The position numbers and the translations under genes were made by a program. This document shows positions 62,613 through 64,000 of a stretch of DNA of 64,000 nt, one piece after another. Location of the stretch: NCBI GenBank assembly GCA_002633005.1, contig NMRA01000032.1, forward strand, positions 1,465,999 through 1,529,998, read 5' to 3'. This DNA is from Phoronis australis (taxonomy: Eukaryota > Animalia > Phoronida). A model generated the notes under the pieces. It saw nothing but the letters and a program-made list of their open reading frames with translations. It was not told where the DNA came from and did no database searches. The number at the start of each line of letters is the position of its first letter. Within the stretch, counting starts at the first letter, position 1.

Positions 62613-64000
62613 TGAACAACATCATAACATTCATATGACGCATTTAGATGCCATAAATCAGCCAGAAATAGGCTAGAGTCTCGTTCAATAGAAGCTAAAC
62701 CAACATCAATGCAGCCAGAGCGCTCAACAAAGGAACAACGCTATCAGAAAATCTCGAATAATTCGAAAAGTAGACGACCTAGGGAAAAATGGATAACATC
62801 TTCTCAAAGCCCGTTCAAAACTCTATTAAAATTGATAGTATCGTAAAATTCCGTTAGTTTTTCCAAAAAATTGAAATTTTGCGTTTTTTTTTTGAAATGC
62901 AAAGTAAAATAACTCGAAAACGGAAAGTCTGAGAAAAAAATTGTTACAGTTCATTTGAATGAGCATACGTCAGAGAATCCCCATGCAAAATTCACATCAT
63001 TTTCTCTTCCCGTTTAAAATGGCACTCTGGCATGACTGAAAATGGGTCAATATGCGTCAGATCCGCCATCTTGGAATCAACTTCCGATTTTTTAGCTCTG
63101 AATAATAGCAGGTCAAAAGAAACTAATACCTGGAAAATTCGAAGGAATTGGGCTCATATTGCACCCTCTACCTGAAAAACATTTTTACCCTGGAATCAAA
63201 GTGCACATGCGCGATTGTCAATATTTTCGCCATCTTGAAGCGGAAGCTCACAATGTTTTGTACATATATTGTACTTGTCTGGTTCTATATTTTCGTTGAT
63301 TTTCAGCCGTGTACTCTAATAATTGCAGCTTCTAAGAATCTGAAATTGGAAACAAAATGACCGCCATGTCCGCTATTTTGAAACCGATCATGACCAAAAG
63401 CAATAGGCTTCCAAAAACGGGAGGATACCATCATCTCAATAATGGATGCCTAACTATCAAATTTTATGAAAATTCGTGGAAGACCTGCAAAGATACAGAT
63501 GTAAGCATAAAAAAATAAAATTGCCACTAGGGGGCACACTAGTAGTTGGGGAGGTCTGAAATTCATTGTCTTCTGTTGTCAGCCCATAAAAATATAAACA
63601 TCAATCCAAAAATTTTTAAAAATGCAATGATAAAACTGTCAGAGCTAGGAAATTTATTGCTCCTATTATTTTAATCTATGGGTTACCTCAGTCTTTGAAA
63701 AATTCCTTCCATACAATTCTTTCAATTTCAGATTTGTCTCTTTTAAAAGACCACCAAAATCAACCTCTTCAGTGGTTACACATAAACACAAAACATACTG
63801 GCTTCATGAATAACTTCATGCTCATCTTATGTCTTAGAATTGTCCGCCGTCCATAAAAAGATATATGTTTGCAGGAATAATGTCTATTTTCCATATGGAG
63901 AAAATATCGACATCAAGATGAATTTCAGCCATCTTGGATCGATTTGGCCTCTTGTAATTTCTCCCTCCTTAAATCATGAAGTTGGGAACCTTTTTTTGGC

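Overview
This is AT-rich, intron-containing eukaryotic DNA, most likely from a marine invertebrate (inference). Most short ORFs in the supplied track are noise, so I rebuilt the genes by hand from GT-AG sites and codon phase. In order: (1) the 5' end of dymeclin (DYM, minus strand); (2) head-to-head with it, a complete 6-exon, 266-aa MIF4G gene closest to CTIF; (3) a 4-exon, 136-aa CS/p23-like protein (minus); (4) an orphan ~182-aa mucin-like single-pass membrane protein; (5) an intronless class A GPCR with DHW in place of DRY; (6) an NDUFA4-family (C15orf48/NMES1-like) complex IV subunit; (7) the first coding exon of mitochondrial HTD2; (8) the end of a probable death-effector-domain gene (minus). 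Between and inside these genes are MITEs with visible target-site duplications, a tRNA-derived SINE, a LINE 3' remnant, a decayed THAP domain and minisatellites. Two tandem duplications joined by a single N look like two haplotypes assembled side by side. I found no prokaryote-type system (CRISPR, defence island). Family assignments come from recalled protein motifs, not database searches.
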